Shown in pieces: positions 18,988 through 20,000 of a stretch of 20,000 nt of DNA. The translations under genes and the position numbers were made by a program. Under the pieces are notes generated by a model, which was not told the DNA's origin, did no database searches, and worked only from the letters and a program-made list of their open reading frames with translations. Source of the stretch: an uncultured virus (IMG/VR IMGVR_UViG_3300028114_000011) (Duplodnaviria; Heunggongvirae; Uroviricota; Caudoviricetes); IMG/VR virus record IMGVR_UViG_3300028114_000011, positions 53,542-73,541 of that record; one strand, written 5' to 3'. Every line of letters starts with the position of its first letter. The first letter of the stretch is position 1.

Positions 18988-19018
18988 AAAATATAGGTGA
19001 ATTTTTGTGTTTGTCAAA
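18988..19018 (-). promoter_or_regulatory. Host-sigma (early/middle) promoter for the SSB-replication operon
   Basis: Minus strand TTTG-ACAAACACAAAAATTCACC(19 nt)-TATATTTT fits the Bacteroidota -33/-7 consensus TTTG-N19-21-TAnnTTTG with one mismatch; it also reads as TTGACA-N16-TATATT. Confidence 0.7.
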
Positions 19019-19019
19019 T

Positions 19020-19042
19020 AAAAAAGGGAAGATAATTCTTCC
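19020..19042 (-). terminator. Intrinsic terminator after the 230-aa gene
   Basis: Minus strand GGAAGA-ATTA-TCTTCC then CTTTTTT, directly abutting the next promoter. Confidence 0.7.
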
Positions 19043-19068
19043 ATTAAAATTCAATATTATAATTAATT

Positions 19069-19761
19069 TTAGAATGTATTTTCATCATCGTCTTGGTCAA
19101 AAATACCAAAAGTTTTTTTAACTTCGTTTGGTGAAAAGTTTTCAACATCATCTGAAGTTAAAATGTATTCATCTTTTCCTTGTTTTTCAAAGTCTTCTTT
19201 TTTGTCTTCAAAATAATCAGTAAGTTTTTGATTATATGGATAAGAATCTAAAGAACGTAACATAAGTTTTTCTTCAGGACTTTTAGTTCTATATTTTTCA
19301 ACTTTACTTTCAATTGAATCAATTTTAGACATAATTTGGTCCATTTGATTTAATTTGGTTTCCAAATCATTTATTTTTTGAAACATTCCGTCCATAAACT
19401 CTTCTTGTTTTGACTTGATTTCTTCTTGAGCCGTAACCAAATCAGTAATATCTAATTCTTCAGTCCCTCCCTCTTCTTTGTCTTTTTTAGTATCAACCTC
19501 TTCAACATCAGGGTCAGACTCCACATCTACAGGTTCAGGTATTGCATCAGCCCCTCCTGCATCAGGTGCCGGTGGTGCTCCTGCTTCAGGTGCCGGTGGT
19601 GTTCCTGCTTCAGGTGCCGGTGGTGACCCCGCTTCGGGTGCTGGTGGTGTTCCTGCTTCAGGTGCAGGTAAAGCCTCTTGTTCATTAATATAACCTGTGA
19701 TTTGATTGAATCTTTTTAATTCCTCAAGAATTTGTTTTTCTATATTCATTTTTTTATCCAT
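19069..19761 (-). CDS. Acidic hypothetical protein (230 aa) with Pro/Ala repeats and a coiled coil; possible head-internal/scaffold-type protein
   Basis: N-terminal ILEELKRFNQITGYINEQ helix, PAPEAGxP repeats, acidic linker, heptad coiled coil (QEEIKSKQEEF...IESKVEKY), C-terminal PEEKLMLRSLDSYPYN block. Alternative start at 19749. Confidence 0.75.
   Translation of the reverse strand: MDKKMNIEKQILEELKRFNQITGYINEQEALPAPEAGTPPAPEAGSPPAPEAGTPPAPEAGAPPAPDAGGADAIPEPVDVESDPDVEEVDTKKDKEEGGTEELDITDLVTAQEEIKSKQEEFMDGMFQKINDLETKLNQMDQIMSKIDSIESKVEKYRTKSPEEKLMLRSLDSYPYNQKLTDYFEDKKEDFEKQGKDEYILTSDDVENFSPNEVKKTFGIFDQDDDENTF
19555..19668 (-). repeat. 24-bp in-frame tandem repeat (4.75 copies) encoding PAPEAG[T/S/A]P
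   Basis: Plus-strand unit approximately tcctgcttcaggtgccggtggtg(t/c/a), with synonymous variation; locally GC-rich against the AT-rich background. Confidence 0.95.
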
Positions 19762-19978
19762 TTAATAATGTTTTAACTCCTGTTGGAGTTTCAACTTTTA
19801 ATGTTCTGTTTGTTTTCATAGTGTTGTCTACTCTTTCAATTAAACCATCTTTCATTCTAACTGTGTAACAATCACCTGTATCCAAATCGCAAACTTCTTG
19901 ATATCCATTACCTTTATCTCTTTGGGTAATTTTAGTATCTTTTCTTAGATAATTATCTAATAACATTTTAATTTCCAT
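19754..19978 (-). CDS. Hypothetical protein (74 aa) with a CDLDTGDC motif
   Basis: ATG preceded by a poly-A leader and the TATTTAT motif; stop overlaps or abuts the next gene start; TAA stop. Confidence 0.7.
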   Translation of the reverse strand: MEIKMLLDNYLRKDTKITQRDKGNGYQEVCDLDTGDCYTVRMKDGLIERVDNTMKTNRTLKVETPTGVKTLLNG

Positions 19979-19989
19979 AGTTTTTTTTA

Positions 19990-19997
19990 TATAAATA
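19990..19997 (-). promoter_or_regulatory. TATTTATA motif upstream of the 74-aa gene (candidate phage late promoter)
   Basis: Coding strand TAA-TATTTAT-ATAAAAAAAACT-ATG (12 nt before the ATG). Confidence 0.5.
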
Positions 19998-20000
19998 TTA

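Noticed and set aside
18953..19054. 34-aa N-terminal extension of the SSB in the ORF track
   Set aside because: It starts at a non-ATG codon and overlaps a terminator and a promoter; ATG 18952 is the plausible start.
19555..19668. 24-bp repeat as a CRISPR array or DGR repeat
   Set aside because: Contiguous units with no spacers, in frame with synonymous variation, and no cas or reverse transcriptase gene in the window.
2140..19693. Short plus-strand ORFs (2140, 2276, 2989, 9079, 11009, 13940, 14703, 16795, 17441, 18873, 19478)
   Set aside because: All are antisense shadows of long, motif-supported minus-strand genes, with no recognisable motifs or start signals.
19990..19997. Plus-strand TATAAATA as a canonical T4 late promoter
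   Set aside because: It faces away from the genes in the window, and the same core occurs before other minus-strand genes with no plus-strand gene downstream. A divergent gene beyond base 20000 cannot be excluded.

Overview
AT-rich (roughly 30-33% GC by eye), densely coding segment of a large contractile-tailed (T4-like/jumbo) bacteriophage genome. All 16 credible genes are on the minus strand. In transcription order (right to left): two hypothetical genes (74 aa; 230 aa with a Pro/Ala tandem repeat); a replication/recombination/nucleotide module (gp32-like ssDNA-binding protein, 72-aa VGIGEH-motif protein, RecA/UvsX recombinase, 5'-3' exonuclease/RNase H, 150-aa unknown, DnaB/gp41-like helicase, class Ia ribonucleotide reductase nrdB-nrdA); then a baseplate/tail module (gp25-like, gp6-like, a 1617-aa Cys-rich protein with a long internal hydrophobic stretch, 571-aa and 283-aa unknowns, and a PKD-domain protein cut by the left edge). 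Three intrinsic terminators and one host-type promoter divide the modules. The lack of Shine-Dalgarno sites, a TTTG-N19-TAnnTTT promoter and the eukaryote-like RNR subclass point to a Bacteroidota host (inference). No CRISPR array, tRNA, intron, intein or mobile element was seen. I found no complete novel system. The best leads are the membrane-like hairpin and 21 cysteines in the giant baseplate-linked protein, a recurring start-proximal TATTTAT motif (the reverse complement of the T4 late promoter core), a host-type DLPF tail on the phage SSB, and a possible head-targeting propeptide on the 230-aa protein.
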